This document shows positions 1 to 8,473 of a stretch of 38,632 nucleotides of DNA, one piece after another. Origin of the DNA: a virus; the IMG/VR virus record IMGVR_UViG_3300009838_000011, positions 1 to 38,632 of that record, one strand, 5' to 3'. Numbering within the stretch: the first letter of the stretch is position 1; every line of letters begins with the position of its first letter. Under the pieces are notes generated by a model, which saw only the letters and a program-made list of their open reading frames with translations, did no database searches and was not told the origin of the DNA. Both the position numbers and the translations under genes were made by a program.

Positions 1-123
1 ATAAGCAAAATTCTTTCTCTGATACATAGTTTAATTATAAACTAAATCATCAGTATTAGGCAGTTGTTACCTGAATATTATGTGTAATTTGAAGTGAATC
101 ACCAGAAACAACATTGACTGCTG
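1..123. repeat. Terminal direct repeat, copy 1 (identical to 38510-38632)
   Basis: Read directly: the same 123 nt (ataagcaaaattctttctctgatacatag...cattgactgctg) occur at both window ends. It covers the first 27 nt of ORF 37433-38536, an intergenic spacer and the 3' end of ORF 56-700. Confidence 0.95.
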
Positions 124-700
124 AAAAAACTTGTCTAGCTAAAAGAACACCACCAGAAGTATTATTATCTAAAATACCCTCTTCAGTAACCGCAAAAGTA
201 TTAGTAAAAGTAAATGTCTTGATCCATCTTTCAGTATCACCAGTTGTAGTAGTAGTTTGATTGGAAACTGTAGCAGCTCCTCTTTCACCACCAGCGGTAG
301 TAATTTCAGTACCAAGAGTAGTATCACCAGCAGCGGCAGCACCTGTACCAGTACCGATAGCAATAGCAGTCATTGGAGAGGTTGTAGTACCACCTAATTG
401 CTGTGCTACGGCTTGTTTACCAACTGTAGTAACTAAATTAGCTTTAATTGCTTTTAAGGTCCAATTACCAGTAATAAAAGGGATCTGTAAATCTATATGC
501 CAAGTCTTATTAATTAATTTCCATAACCAATTATCAGCAAATTGAGGTTTAGCCGCCCAATTAAATAAATCTTCTTTTTGTTTATTATCTAAAAATCCAG
601 CTTCTAAATACTTTTTAACTTGTGCCAATTTAACCGAATCAAATAATCTTCTTTCAACAATACCATTAATACCTGTTTTATTTATTATTCCTAATTTCAT
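56..700 (-). CDS. Tail fibre/collar-domain protein (P2 gpH N-terminal, DUF3751-like pattern in the C-terminal ~120 aa)
   Basis: 214-aa ORF. ATGA overlap with the upstream gene at 697-700 and GGAGG upstream. The string TAIAIGTGTGAAAAGDTTLGTEI...ERG...VTEEGILDN..GGVLLARQVF follows the residue pattern of the P2-type tail-fibre attachment domain (from memory, not searched). Confidence 0.45.
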   Translation of the reverse strand: MKLGIINKTGINGIVERRLFDSVKLAQVKKYLEAGFLDNKQKEDLFNWAAKPQFADNWLWKLINKTWHIDLQIPFITGNWTLKAIKANLVTTVGKQAVAQQLGGTTTSPMTAIAIGTGTGAAAAGDTTLGTEITTAGGERGAATVSNQTTTTTGDTERWIKTFTFTNTFAVTEEGILDNNTSGGVLLARQVFSAVNVVSGDSLQITHNIQVTTA

Positions 701-885
701 TTTATTTCCTCCAATTCATCTTCTTTATAGAAGCTAAAACCATTAATAATAGCTTTGGCTTGTATATCTAATTCTTTTGAAGAAACTTTATAAACAACAC
801 CCTTGCCATCTATCAAAACGCCAAGGACTTCATGCTCTTCGCTTTTTCCCTTAGCTTTTACTTTATCGCCAATTTTGAATTTCAT
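697..885 (-). CDS. Hypothetical small protein (KIGDKV... SH3/KOW-like beta pattern)
   Basis: 62-aa ORF. The start is fused to the TTATAATTAATTATG box and the stop overlaps the next start (ATGA). Confidence 0.6.
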   Translation of the reverse strand: MKFKIGDKVKAKGKSEEHEVLGVLIDGKGVVYKVSSKELDIQAKAIINGFSFYKEDELEEIK

Positions 886-896
886 AATTAATTATA
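883..896 (-). promoter_or_regulatory. TATAATTAATTAT box fused to ATG (-10-like hexamer 5 nt upstream of the start codon)
   Basis: The minus strand reads TTATAATTAATTATG. There is no Shine-Dalgarno sequence. Confidence 0.4.
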
Positions 897-903
897 ACTC
901 AAA

Positions 904-1632
904 TTAATAATCAAAGCCATTGTTACCAACAGTTGAAGCAGGTGGTAATTTGGCTGTTAAATTTCTATCAAGATTTTGAGGTTTTAAACTATTAATAGCT
1001 TTTACTAGATCAATTCCATATACCTGTTCTTTTTGAGATAGAGGTATTGGTTTTTCTCGGCTACATTTCCAATCAATTATCACTCCTCTGGCCCAAATCT
1101 CATGTAATTCTCTAGGAATACCATGAGTTGTAGTTGAAGGATCATTACTCATATCAGTTGTATCAGTTAAATTAGCAATTACACCGGGCCAAGTATTAAC
1201 TAAGATCTTTAAACCATCAGTAACCGAAGTAATAGTACCAGAATAAATATAAAGTGATTTTCTACTAAGATCAAAATAAGCGTTTCCTTCATCATTGGAA
1301 AAGTTTTGAATTATATCTGCTTCGCTATTAATTGTTTGACCATAAGAAGTAACATCAAATTCATATAATTTAATGAAATTAGTGGCATCTAATTTGGCTT
1401 CTACTCGCTTAATACTAGATAACATATCATTTGGTAAAGAATACTCACGCTGATTGGCTACTAGACTAGTATATTGAGGTATTAAAAGGATATCTTCATC
1501 AGCTTCTAAAATGGCCTTAGCTATTTCATCTTGTCTTATTTTCATTAAACCCAAAATTTCAGCATCAGTAAATGTTGATGAGTTTGTTCTCGTCATGAAT
1601 CTTACATGAGTAGCAAATTCTACAGGTGTCAT
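904..1632 (-). CDS. Virion structural protein, possible head-tail adaptor/neck protein
   Basis: 242-aa ORF between the head and tail genes. It has an N-terminal helical segment followed by ...NQREYSLPNDMLSSIKRVE.... The call rests on position and weak pattern memory only. Confidence 0.3.
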   Translation of the reverse strand: MTPVEFATHVRFMTRTNSSTFTDAEILGLMKIRQDEIAKAILEADEDILLIPQYTSLVANQREYSLPNDMLSSIKRVEAKLDATNFIKLYEFDVTSYGQTINSEADIIQNFSNDEGNAYFDLSRKSLYIYSGTITSVTDGLKILVNTWPGVIANLTDTTDMSNDPSTTTHGIPRELHEIWARGVIIDWKCSREKPIPLSQKEQVYGIDLVKAINSLKPQNLDRNLTAKLPPASTVGNNGFDY

Positions 1633-1643
1633 AATTAATTATA
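1630..1643 (-). promoter_or_regulatory. TATAATTAATTAT box fused to ATG
   Basis: The minus strand reads GTATAATTAATTATG at the start of ORF 904-1632, with no SD. Confidence 0.4.
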
Positions 1644-1649
1644 CTTTAA

Positions 1650-2129
1650 TTAAGCAGCTACTACCATTCCATCATCACTTAATGGCTGATAGAAGCAGTA
1701 ATAATCAATTACTCCGGCAGTGATATTTGTAGTACCAACAGTTTGAATAATATCTAAACCACCTCCAATCACATTGTAGGTTTGAGAAATTGATTCAGCT
1801 AGAGTTGGAGTAGCATCATTCCAACATTCATTTACCACAAGAGCTGTAGCATTGGTTATTTGAGCCAATAAGGCAGCGGTAGCATCAGTAACTCCCACTT
1901 CAAGAGTAGCAGCACCAACTAATGTAGTTTTACAAACACCAATTACTTTAACTAAAACATCACCAGTAACAGTGAATAAAGTGGCTGGATTACCAGTACC
2001 ATCATAATCACCCGGATCATTAGTCGTACCACCAGCAAAAGTCATTCGCTTTTTGACTACAAAAGGAAACATTGGACCGACTATTGGCCTTCCGTTTCCA
2101 TCTAATTTAATTGTGTCGTAAGTAGGCAT
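1650..2129 (-). CDS. Hypothetical structural protein (Gly/Thr/Val-rich, beta-rich)
   Basis: 159-aa ORF in the structural module. Its start lies 2 nt after the stop of the upstream mini-ORF. Confidence 0.6.
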   Translation of the reverse strand: MPTYDTIKLDGNGRPIVGPMFPFVVKKRMTFAGGTTNDPGDYDGTGNPATLFTVTGDVLVKVIGVCKTTLVGAATLEVGVTDATAALLAQITNATALVVNECWNDATPTLAESISQTYNVIGGGLDIIQTVGTTNITAGVIDYYCFYQPLSDDGMVVAA

Positions 2130-2131
2130 AA

Positions 2132-2260
2132 TTATTCTTTATTAGGTTCGGCTTTAACTTCCTTACCTTTGTTTAAATAAATATCCATCAGAATACCATC
2201 ACGAACTTCATGAATAATATCTGTATAGACAACTTCAATTACTTTATTTTTTTTAGCCAT
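2132..2260 (-). CDS. Hypothetical mini-protein (42 aa, below the ORF-track cutoff)
   Basis: Hand translation gives MAKKNKVIEVVYTDIIHEVRDGILMDIYLNKGKEVKAEPNKE*. It fills the gap exactly, and its stop TAA is followed 2 nt later by the next ATG. Confidence 0.45.
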   Translation of the reverse strand: MAKKNKVIEVVYTDIIHEVRDGILMDIYLNKGKEVKAEPNKE

Positions 2261-2294
2261 AATTTTTATTTTTTTAAATAATTAATTTCTAATT

Positions 2295-2322
2295 CCTCCC
2301 CACCAAAGCAGGTGGTAGGGAG
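2295..2322 (-). promoter_or_regulatory. Imperfect GC-rich stem-loop just downstream of the beta-helix gene
   Basis: cctccccacc / ggtggtagggag with loop aaagca, an island of GC in AT-rich DNA. No U-tract follows on the minus strand. Confidence 0.4.
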
Positions 2323-2335
2323 TTTCAAAAACTAA

Positions 2336-3355
2336 TTAAGCAGCAACAGATACGCCGGTAGTGGCAAATGTTGGAACAGCACCATCAACATAGATACCAA
2401 CGGAAGCCTGAGCCATAACAGTATGATCAACAGAAGAACAATTTTTTAACAAAACTGTACCCTGTGTTTGAGCCGCACCAAAACCAACCGCATGAGCTGG
2501 AGTAGCCGCACCCAAAGCATTAGACATAAATACAGAATCTTTAACTAAAAGCATTCTTTCCACATCGGTAGCATTAGCACCATAAATACGAACAGGCTCT
2601 GTACCAGCAGCTTTAACTAAGAATAAACAACCATCAATTATATTATCTCGGCAAACTTTACCAGTAATAGTTTCTCTAGTTAAAAGCATATTTGGTCTGA
2701 TTTTATTATCGGCGATAATATTAGCAGTTGAACCAAAGACACATCTAATCCATTGACAAGAATCACCATTGTTTAAAACTTCAGCAGCTGCGGTTTCATC
2801 AAGATCGGTAGATTTATAGAACTCACAATTTTCATAAATTGTGTATTCTCCACCTTCAGCAACAGAATAAAGTGATTCATCTTTAGTATTACCCGAATCA
2901 AATTTAATATTTCGGAAAGTATTACCAACACCAGTGTTTTTCATAACAGCAATATCGGTAGCAGCAGTTGTAACACCCATAGTAACTCTAGCCCTAGCAC
3001 CTAATCCCATAGCACCAGCTCTTAAACCCATACCAACAAAATGAACTCTATTTTTAGAAATATCCAAAATAGAAGTTTGAGCATGAGCCGCATTAGCTGA
3101 CAACATAATAATATCGTGTCGATTAGAAACTACCGCACTATAAGCCGAAGCAATAGTGTTATGGACCGCTAAAGAACCATCTTTGTAGGTTTTTTGATAT
3201 TTTTCAAAAAATTCTACATAATTGCTATCCGCAGCCGGAATAACATAATAAACATTTCCTGTCGTAGCTGGTATTCCATTAGCTGACAAAGCTAATTCAT
3301 TTAGAGCTTTTTCAAGTTCTAAGTTTCCAGCAGAAGCATGACTATATTTAGACAT
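2336..3355 (-). CDS. Right-handed parallel beta-helix (pectate-lyase-fold-like) protein
   Basis: 339-aa ORF. It shows periodic short beta-strand repeats with N/G/D turns and internal Cys/Asn ladders (NIKFDSGN..., ENCEFYKS..., IRCVFGST..., IDGCLFLV..., KDSVFMSN..., KNCSSVD...), typical of tailspike/depolymerase beta-helices. Confidence 0.55.
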   Translation of the reverse strand: MSKYSHASAGNLELEKALNELALSANGIPATTGNVYYVIPAADSNYVEFFEKYQKTYKDGSLAVHNTIASAYSAVVSNRHDIIMLSANAAHAQTSILDISKNRVHFVGMGLRAGAMGLGARARVTMGVTTAATDIAVMKNTGVGNTFRNIKFDSGNTKDESLYSVAEGGEYTIYENCEFYKSTDLDETAAAEVLNNGDSCQWIRCVFGSTANIIADNKIRPNMLLTRETITGKVCRDNIIDGCLFLVKAAGTEPVRIYGANATDVERMLLVKDSVFMSNALGAATPAHAVGFGAAQTQGTVLLKNCSSVDHTVMAQASVGIYVDGAVPTFATTGVSVAA

Positions 3356-3376
3356 AGTTTTTTCCTTTTTGTCTCA

Positions 3377-3398
3377 CTCCGACCACCACTGTCCGGAG
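3377..3398 (-). promoter_or_regulatory. Short stem-loop after the 111-aa gene
   Basis: ctccg ... cggag (5 bp) with a 12-nt loop. Weak. Confidence 0.25.
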
Positions 3399-3423
3399 AT
3401 CAACTAAATAATAATTTTAAAGA

Positions 3424-3759
3424 TTAACCAATAGCTAACCAACTAATTTGTTCGCTGGTTACATTTAAATCAGTATCAAGACCCATTGTAAAGCCACGAT
3501 CAGTGACTGTAATACCCAATGAGGTAATAACTGAAATAGCGCCATCAGCACCAGTTTTAACAGCTGAATCATCAGCCATTCCTTCATACCATTCCAAAGA
3601 AACTAAACCCGAAGCATTAAGGTTTTGAATCTTAACATATCGAGGTTTAAAACCAAGATCAGAAAAGGTATAAGCGGCAACTGTACCGGTATCAAGATAT
3701 CGACCAGTGGCAACTTGTGAAGCTACTCTTGGAGTTTTTGTTGTGATTGTTTGAGCCAT
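3424..3759 (-). CDS. Small virion protein, possible capsid decoration protein
   Basis: 111-aa beta-rich ORF immediately downstream of the major capsid gene. The call is positional only. Confidence 0.35.
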   Translation of the reverse strand: MAQTITTKTPRVASQVATGRYLDTGTVAAYTFSDLGFKPRYVKIQNLNASGLVSLEWYEGMADDSAVKTGADGAISVITSLGITVTDRGFTMGLDTDLNVTSEQISWLAIG

Positions 3760-3775
3760 ATTTTTATTTTTTATT

Positions 3776-3798
3776 CCCTCCGGTTATTCGCCGGAGGG
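3776..3798 (-). promoter_or_regulatory. GC-rich 8-bp stem-loop immediately after the major capsid gene (attenuator or RNA-stabiliser candidate)
   Basis: ccctccgg ttattcg ccggaggg. On the minus strand it is followed by an A-rich rather than U-rich tract. Confidence 0.45.
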
Positions 3799-3816
3799 CT
3801 AACTTTTAATTAATTA

Positions 3817-4785
3817 TTAAGCGGAGACACCAACTTCAATATCAACTATAAATGCGGCATTAAGGACTTTAGCTACATAAGCAGCTTTCCAGCCGGAGGT
3901 TGATCTTTGATTTAATGGGTCGGCAGTACCAGCACTACCTAAAGGTTTAACAATGTTCATTAATGCTTGACCACTAATTCTGGTTTGAGCGTAAGCATTT
4001 TTTCCGAAGATTAAAACATGATGAACATCATTACTGTTAGCACCACCAGCAGCTGAAACTGCGGCGTTGGAAGATTCAATGAATCTAACACCTGCTAAAG
4101 AACCAATTTCATCTGGCATAACCATTGATTTATTAGGATACTTTTCAACTGGAATCCAGCCAATAGCATCATCAAGGTCATAAGCCACATCTTCAGAAAC
4201 TATACCAACATAACATCGACCAATTGGAATAGTATCGTAACCGGTAGATGGATCAATCATGGAAGTTATCATTTTAGCGTTATTACCTTTTAGAGTTCTA
4301 ACAGCTTGTTTAACTTCTTCTCGGGTCAATTTCATAGCAGCGGTTATTTCCGTTCTTTGAGTAGCAGTCGAAGCATATTGTTTAGTAGCACCAGCCACTA
4401 AAATATCACGACAAAGTTGGTCCAAAGAATCACCAGCTTGTTCTCCTAAAATCTCGGCAGTTTCTGTCAAGATTGGGTCGTATGTTTCTGTTAAAACTTT
4501 ATCAGTTAAAGTTACATAATCACCATAATAAAGCACTGTGGCGGTGATATCAGTAACACTAAGTTGCTTACCTTCTGGAGTAACACCCTCTGTTAGAGCG
4601 GTTGTTTGAGCAGTAAGTAATCCATATCGGCGGAATTTAATAACATTTGTGCCGTTATTAGCAGGTATATCTCTTACCTGAGCGAAACGATTATGAACGA
4701 AAGCGGGAATTGCTTTATCAAGCAATGCTCGGTCATAGAAGTTATTAACTTCTACTGGAATTTCTGTCCTAGTTGTGTTTGACAT
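3817..4785 (-). CDS. Major capsid protein, N4-gp56 family (HK97 fold)
   Basis: The 322-aa ORF carries the family's hallmark string: NNFYDRALLDKAIPAFVHNRFAQVRDIPANNGTNVIKFRRY...LTEGVTPEG...YYGDYVTLTD...YDPILTETAEILGEQAGDSLDQLCRDILVAG. It sits downstream of the portal and scaffold-like genes. Confidence 0.92.
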   Translation of the reverse strand: MSNTTRTEIPVEVNNFYDRALLDKAIPAFVHNRFAQVRDIPANNGTNVIKFRRYGLLTAQTTALTEGVTPEGKQLSVTDITATVLYYGDYVTLTDKVLTETYDPILTETAEILGEQAGDSLDQLCRDILVAGATKQYASTATQRTEITAAMKLTREEVKQAVRTLKGNNAKMITSMIDPSTGYDTIPIGRCYVGIVSEDVAYDLDDAIGWIPVEKYPNKSMVMPDEIGSLAGVRFIESSNAAVSAAGGANSNDVHHVLIFGKNAYAQTRISGQALMNIVKPLGSAGTADPLNQRSTSGWKAAYVAKVLNAAFIVDIEVGVSA

Positions 4786-4818
4786 ATTTTTTTTGTTTTA
4801 TAAATAATAATGATTAGC

Positions 4819-4858
4819 AACAAAAAAGGCCCTTACCCATTTCGGGATAAGAGCCTTT
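4819..4858 (-). terminator. Rho-independent terminator (minus strand) between the 186-aa gene and the capsid gene
   Basis: The minus strand reads GGCUCUUAUCC-CGAAAU-GGGUAAGGGCC (11 bp, 2 G.U) followed by UUUUUUGUUG. The G.U pairs become A.C mismatches in the opposite sense, so the structure is minus-sense specific. Confidence 0.75.
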
Positions 4859-4886
4859 GGTTTTTCCAATATTGCTATCTACATTA

Positions 4887-4892
4887 ATTATA
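4887..4892 (-). promoter_or_regulatory. -10-like TATAAT (within CTATAATTAATG) about 30 nt upstream of the terminator hairpin
   Basis: The minus strand reads TTGTTG-N17-TATAAT. It belongs to the same box family found at gene starts. Confidence 0.3.
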
Positions 4893-4920
4893 GAGCAAAA
4901 AGGAAAAAGCAACAACTAGC

Positions 4921-5481
4921 TTAAAATTGCTCTGATACTGGTTTTCCGGTTCGATCATCAATTCTGTCAAGCAAAATATTTGCTCCAGCTTGGGCAGTTA
5001 AATTTAATCGATCAGAAATAATTAAAGCCACTGGTTTTGGTACTTCCACCAATACTCCCTTTGGCACTAACCATTTAGCCCCATTAACTTGAATTTCCTC
5101 AATAGTATCAGGAGTAGTTAAAGCAATTTGAAAAGAATTACCTTTAGCATCTTTTCTCCATTCCACCACACCGGCTTTCTTGCCCGGATCAGAAGGATAA
5201 AGAATTTGGACCATTGGACTATTCATCCATTTATCCCACATAATTTGGGCTTTACTTCTCCATGCTTTTTCGGTTTTCTTTTCTTCAGATGGATTTATTG
5301 TTTCCTCAATACTATCCACTTTTTCCACTACTTTTTTAGCTTTTAAAGTATTAAGAATAGCTATCACTTGGGCTTTATTATTAAATTTGGCTGCCTCAAC
5401 ATCTTCTTTAGGCATACCAGCCTCAATTAATTCTTGTTCGAGTTCTTTTAATGTTTTTACTTCATTTGGTAAATCTGTCAT
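4921..5481 (-). CDS. Hypothetical head-module protein
   Basis: 186-aa ORF between the acidic scaffold-like gene and the capsid gene. No motif recognised. Confidence 0.6.
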   Translation of the reverse strand: MTDLPNEVKTLKELEQELIEAGMPKEDVEAAKFNNKAQVIAILNTLKAKKVVEKVDSIEETINPSEEKKTEKAWRSKAQIMWDKWMNSPMVQILYPSDPGKKAGVVEWRKDAKGNSFQIALTTPDTIEEIQVNGAKWLVPKGVLVEVPKPVALIISDRLNLTAQAGANILLDRIDDRTGKPVSEQF

Positions 5482-5501
5482 ATTTTTATATTAAATAATA
5501 A

Positions 5502-6086
5502 TTAGTAACCTTGTCGCCCTAAAACCTTAGCTTTTTGGGCTTCAAAATCTTCTTTAGAGGCGGTATGCCAATCTTTTTTACCACCACTTTCTTTTCTAAC
5601 TGTTGTTCCGGGAGTTTTAGTCTCAGCAACTTTCTTTTGAGCCTCCCTCTCTTTAGCTGCTCCAATTTTCATCATATCTTTAGATGCCACAATAGCAGCG
5701 ATATTATGAACTGGAATATTGGCATAATCCGGATGAGACATATATTTTAGGATTACTCCCTGATATTTAGCAAACTCTGGTTTAGCCGCAATAAAGGCTT
5801 GGACCTCTGTTTTATTTTCAATTTCTGATAACTTCGCTCCAACTTGCTTATTAACAATCTTAGTAATACGCTTATTATCCTCTTCATCAATATCCTCTTC
5901 TTCCTCTTCCTTTTTTTCTTCCCGCTGTCGTCTAACTTCAGGAGTTATTTTTTCGAGGTCAATTTCATCATCTCCCTCTTCTTTCTTCTCTCCATTGTCC
6001 TCTTCTTCTTCAGTTTTCCCTTCCTCGTCATCTATTTCTTCCTCTTTGGTTTCATCAATAACTTCATCTTTATTTTCTTCTGACAT
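5502..6086 (-). CDS. Putative scaffolding protein (extremely acidic N-terminal half)
   Basis: 194-aa ORF. The first ~75 residues are E/D/K-rich low complexity (EEEIDDEEGKTEEEEDNGEKKEEGDDE...). GGAG lies 8 nt upstream of the ATG. It sits between portal and capsid. Confidence 0.4.
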   Translation of the reverse strand: MSEENKDEVIDETKEEEIDDEEGKTEEEEDNGEKKEEGDDEIDLEKITPEVRRQREEKKEEEEEDIDEEDNKRITKIVNKQVGAKLSEIENKTEVQAFIAAKPEFAKYQGVILKYMSHPDYANIPVHNIAAIVASKDMMKIGAAKEREAQKKVAETKTPGTTVRKESGGKKDWHTASKEDFEAQKAKVLGRQGY

Positions 6087-6130
6087 ATTTGTTCTCCGTT
6101 TTTGGATAAACTATTAATTATTTAATTGTA

Positions 6131-6436
6131 CTATGTTTTAGGTACTTCCTCAAATGGATCATCATTAGGAATATCACCCTCATCACTTGGTTTTAACTTT
6201 TCAATCATATTAGTTGGAGTATTAATTATCTCTTCATGGACCGCTAATTTATCCCTTAACCTTTTTACTTCTTCCAAAGTCTCTTCTCCAGCTCCTTTTA
6301 AAAGCAATTCTTTAACCACTTCAATATTCTCTCTGACAATTGTTTCAAATAATTTCCAACCCGGATGGGTTAATAAATCCTTAAAATTAGATGATACTGC
6401 GGCTCTTTTTTGTTCTGTACTTAAATCTATTGGCAT
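6131..6436 (-). CDS. Hypothetical protein
   Basis: 101-aa ORF starting 3 nt after the portal stop. Confidence 0.6.
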   Translation of the reverse strand: MPIDLSTEQKRAAVSSNFKDLLTHPGWKLFETIVRENIEVVKELLLKGAGEETLEEVKRLRDKLAVHEEIINTPTNMIEKLKPSDEGDIPNDDPFEEVPKT

Positions 6437-6439
6437 ATT

Positions 6440-8473
6440 TTATTGTAAAGGCATGGCTCGGCCACCCATATTAGATGTTTGACTAGGAGCAATTGGTTTA
6501 GCACTAATACCGGGATTGCCGGTAATTGGTGTTTGAGTAGTCGTTCCCGGTTCTTGGAATGTCTCAGCATTCTTATCAATAGGGAATAACTCCGGTTTAA
6601 CCTTTTTAATTGATAATGCCTTTTTATGAGTTTCAATATGAGCCTTACTAGCTTCTGTCTCTTTTGCTTTAGCATGAATCTCTAAGTGAATGTTATGGTC
6701 ATCTTCAGGAAGTACCGGCACTAACTTATTCTCATTTAATAATTCATTTTGGTCCTCCGCAATTCGCTCATCAATAGTTGGCGGGAATAGTCTATCAATT
6801 TCATCTTTCTCTAAACCATTAAGTCTAGCTAATTTCTTCATACCCCATCTTTTATTAGCATTTGGATCAGCAAAAGCTACTGTAAAAAAACCATTTAAAC
6901 GATTGCTTTCTTCAAGTTGTTTAGCCCGACTAATAATTTGAGATTCAATAATTACATCCGGATCAATATTGGCAATAATATCGGATTTACTTAACTTACG
7001 CCATTTAGCACCAAAAGCACCAACAATTCTTAATACCTTTTCATCAATATCTTCGGCAAAATTATCTTTATAAAGGTTATACCAGTGTTGCCAAAATCTC
7101 TTTTCAGACCAACCAAAGACCTTAGCCGATAGTGAATAGCGGGTATCAACATTAGAAGCAACTAAATTAAGTTCTCCAAGAGTTCGCTGTTGAGATGAGA
7201 TTGCTCCCTGTTGAAGTTCCGGAGTAGCAGTTGCCTTTTGAGCTGAAGCATCAAGGGATTTATAAATAAAATCTAAAAGTTGTAAATTAGGTCGAGCCTT
7301 ATTAAGAGGAATAACTGAACTCTCCAATGATTCATTAGCTTTAACATCCACTCCAATATATTTATCAAAATCAAAATTCAAATCAGCCTTATTAGTAATT
7401 TTGTTAGTATTGTAAATATACATTGGGTATAAATCAGCTTTCATTGCTTTTAACCCTAAGTTTTGAGCAATAGCTCTAGCTCTTTGTTTATCTTCAACCA
7501 AATCCGGAATTGATGTACCATCCCAATCATGAGAAGTCGGATATAAAGGTCGATCAAGTATTGGCCAATAATTTCTTTTTAATTCTTTTAAACCTAATAA
7601 AATACTTCTGTCATTACCAAGCCATAATTTTACCTTAACAATCGAACCATCCGGTTTTTTCCAATGAGAAAACCATTGAGTTACATCATATTCAGCATTA
7701 GCACCTAAATCAGCTTCAGTATCTTTCTTTTGTGTTTGACGACCCTGAGCATCATCTCTGGATTGTTCCGCATCAGTAACTAATGATTGAGTTGATTCAC
7801 CATACTTTAAACTCTTAAAATCAATATCTTTAAAGAAATTTGGGTTATCTTCCATGTCCTGTCGGCTCATTTTTATATCATTACCACCAAAACGCATCGC
7901 TCCTTTACCTTTTCGATTACCATTAACTGATGTTGCCTTTGGATCACGCAACCAAGTTAAGAAATCAATGACTTCCGGTACTGGTAAAAAAGTATTATTA
8001 TCCGGGTCTCTTTCAAATTCTTCCATTAAAACTAAACCACGACCACAAAAAAGAGTATTAAAATCCCATTCAAAATCTAATTGGTCCTTTTCCATATCAT
8101 CATAATCTGCCTTCGCCATTGCCTCTAGGTTGTCCGCTGTCTCTTCATCGCCATCTTCCCTACCCCCAAACGATACCGCTAGTCTATCCTCATATAAAGA
8201 AGCTAAAACAGTCTGAAAAGTAGTAAATAAAGTTGTATCACCTACCGCTTCTTCATCCCGCTTTTGATTATTATAAAGTTTTAGTCTCATTCGCCACTTA
8301 TCAATCTTTGGCTTCATGAAATCAAAGGCAACTTTATATTCTTTTTGAACCTGTTGGATTAATGATTCATAATCTGGTTTATCTTCTTTATCTTTATCCT
8401 CAATCTTTTTACTTTTAGATTGAAGGGTATTAAAAATATCATCTGGTAAATCAAGTAGGTTTAATTCATTCAT
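6440..8473 (-). CDS. Portal protein
   Basis: 677-aa ORF. Size and position (downstream of terL, upstream of scaffold and capsid) are typical. GGAGG SD upstream, and the start overlaps the upstream stop. Confidence 0.7.
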   Translation of the reverse strand: MNELNLLDLPDDIFNTLQSKSKKIEDKDKEDKPDYESLIQQVQKEYKVAFDFMKPKIDKWRMRLKLYNNQKRDEEAVGDTTLFTTFQTVLASLYEDRLAVSFGGREDGDEETADNLEAMAKADYDDMEKDQLDFEWDFNTLFCGRGLVLMEEFERDPDNNTFLPVPEVIDFLTWLRDPKATSVNGNRKGKGAMRFGGNDIKMSRQDMEDNPNFFKDIDFKSLKYGESTQSLVTDAEQSRDDAQGRQTQKKDTEADLGANAEYDVTQWFSHWKKPDGSIVKVKLWLGNDRSILLGLKELKRNYWPILDRPLYPTSHDWDGTSIPDLVEDKQRARAIAQNLGLKAMKADLYPMYIYNTNKITNKADLNFDFDKYIGVDVKANESLESSVIPLNKARPNLQLLDFIYKSLDASAQKATATPELQQGAISSQQRTLGELNLVASNVDTRYSLSAKVFGWSEKRFWQHWYNLYKDNFAEDIDEKVLRIVGAFGAKWRKLSKSDIIANIDPDVIIESQIISRAKQLEESNRLNGFFTVAFADPNANKRWGMKKLARLNGLEKDEIDRLFPPTIDERIAEDQNELLNENKLVPVLPEDDHNIHLEIHAKAKETEASKAHIETHKKALSIKKVKPELFPIDKNAETFQEPGTTTQTPITGNPGISAKPIAPSQTSNMGGRAMPLQ

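Noticed and set aside
3776-3798. The hairpin after the capsid gene as a canonical Rho-independent terminator
   Set aside because: On the coding (minus) strand it is followed by an A-rich rather than a U-rich tract. It is reported only as a stem-loop with possible attenuator or stabiliser function.
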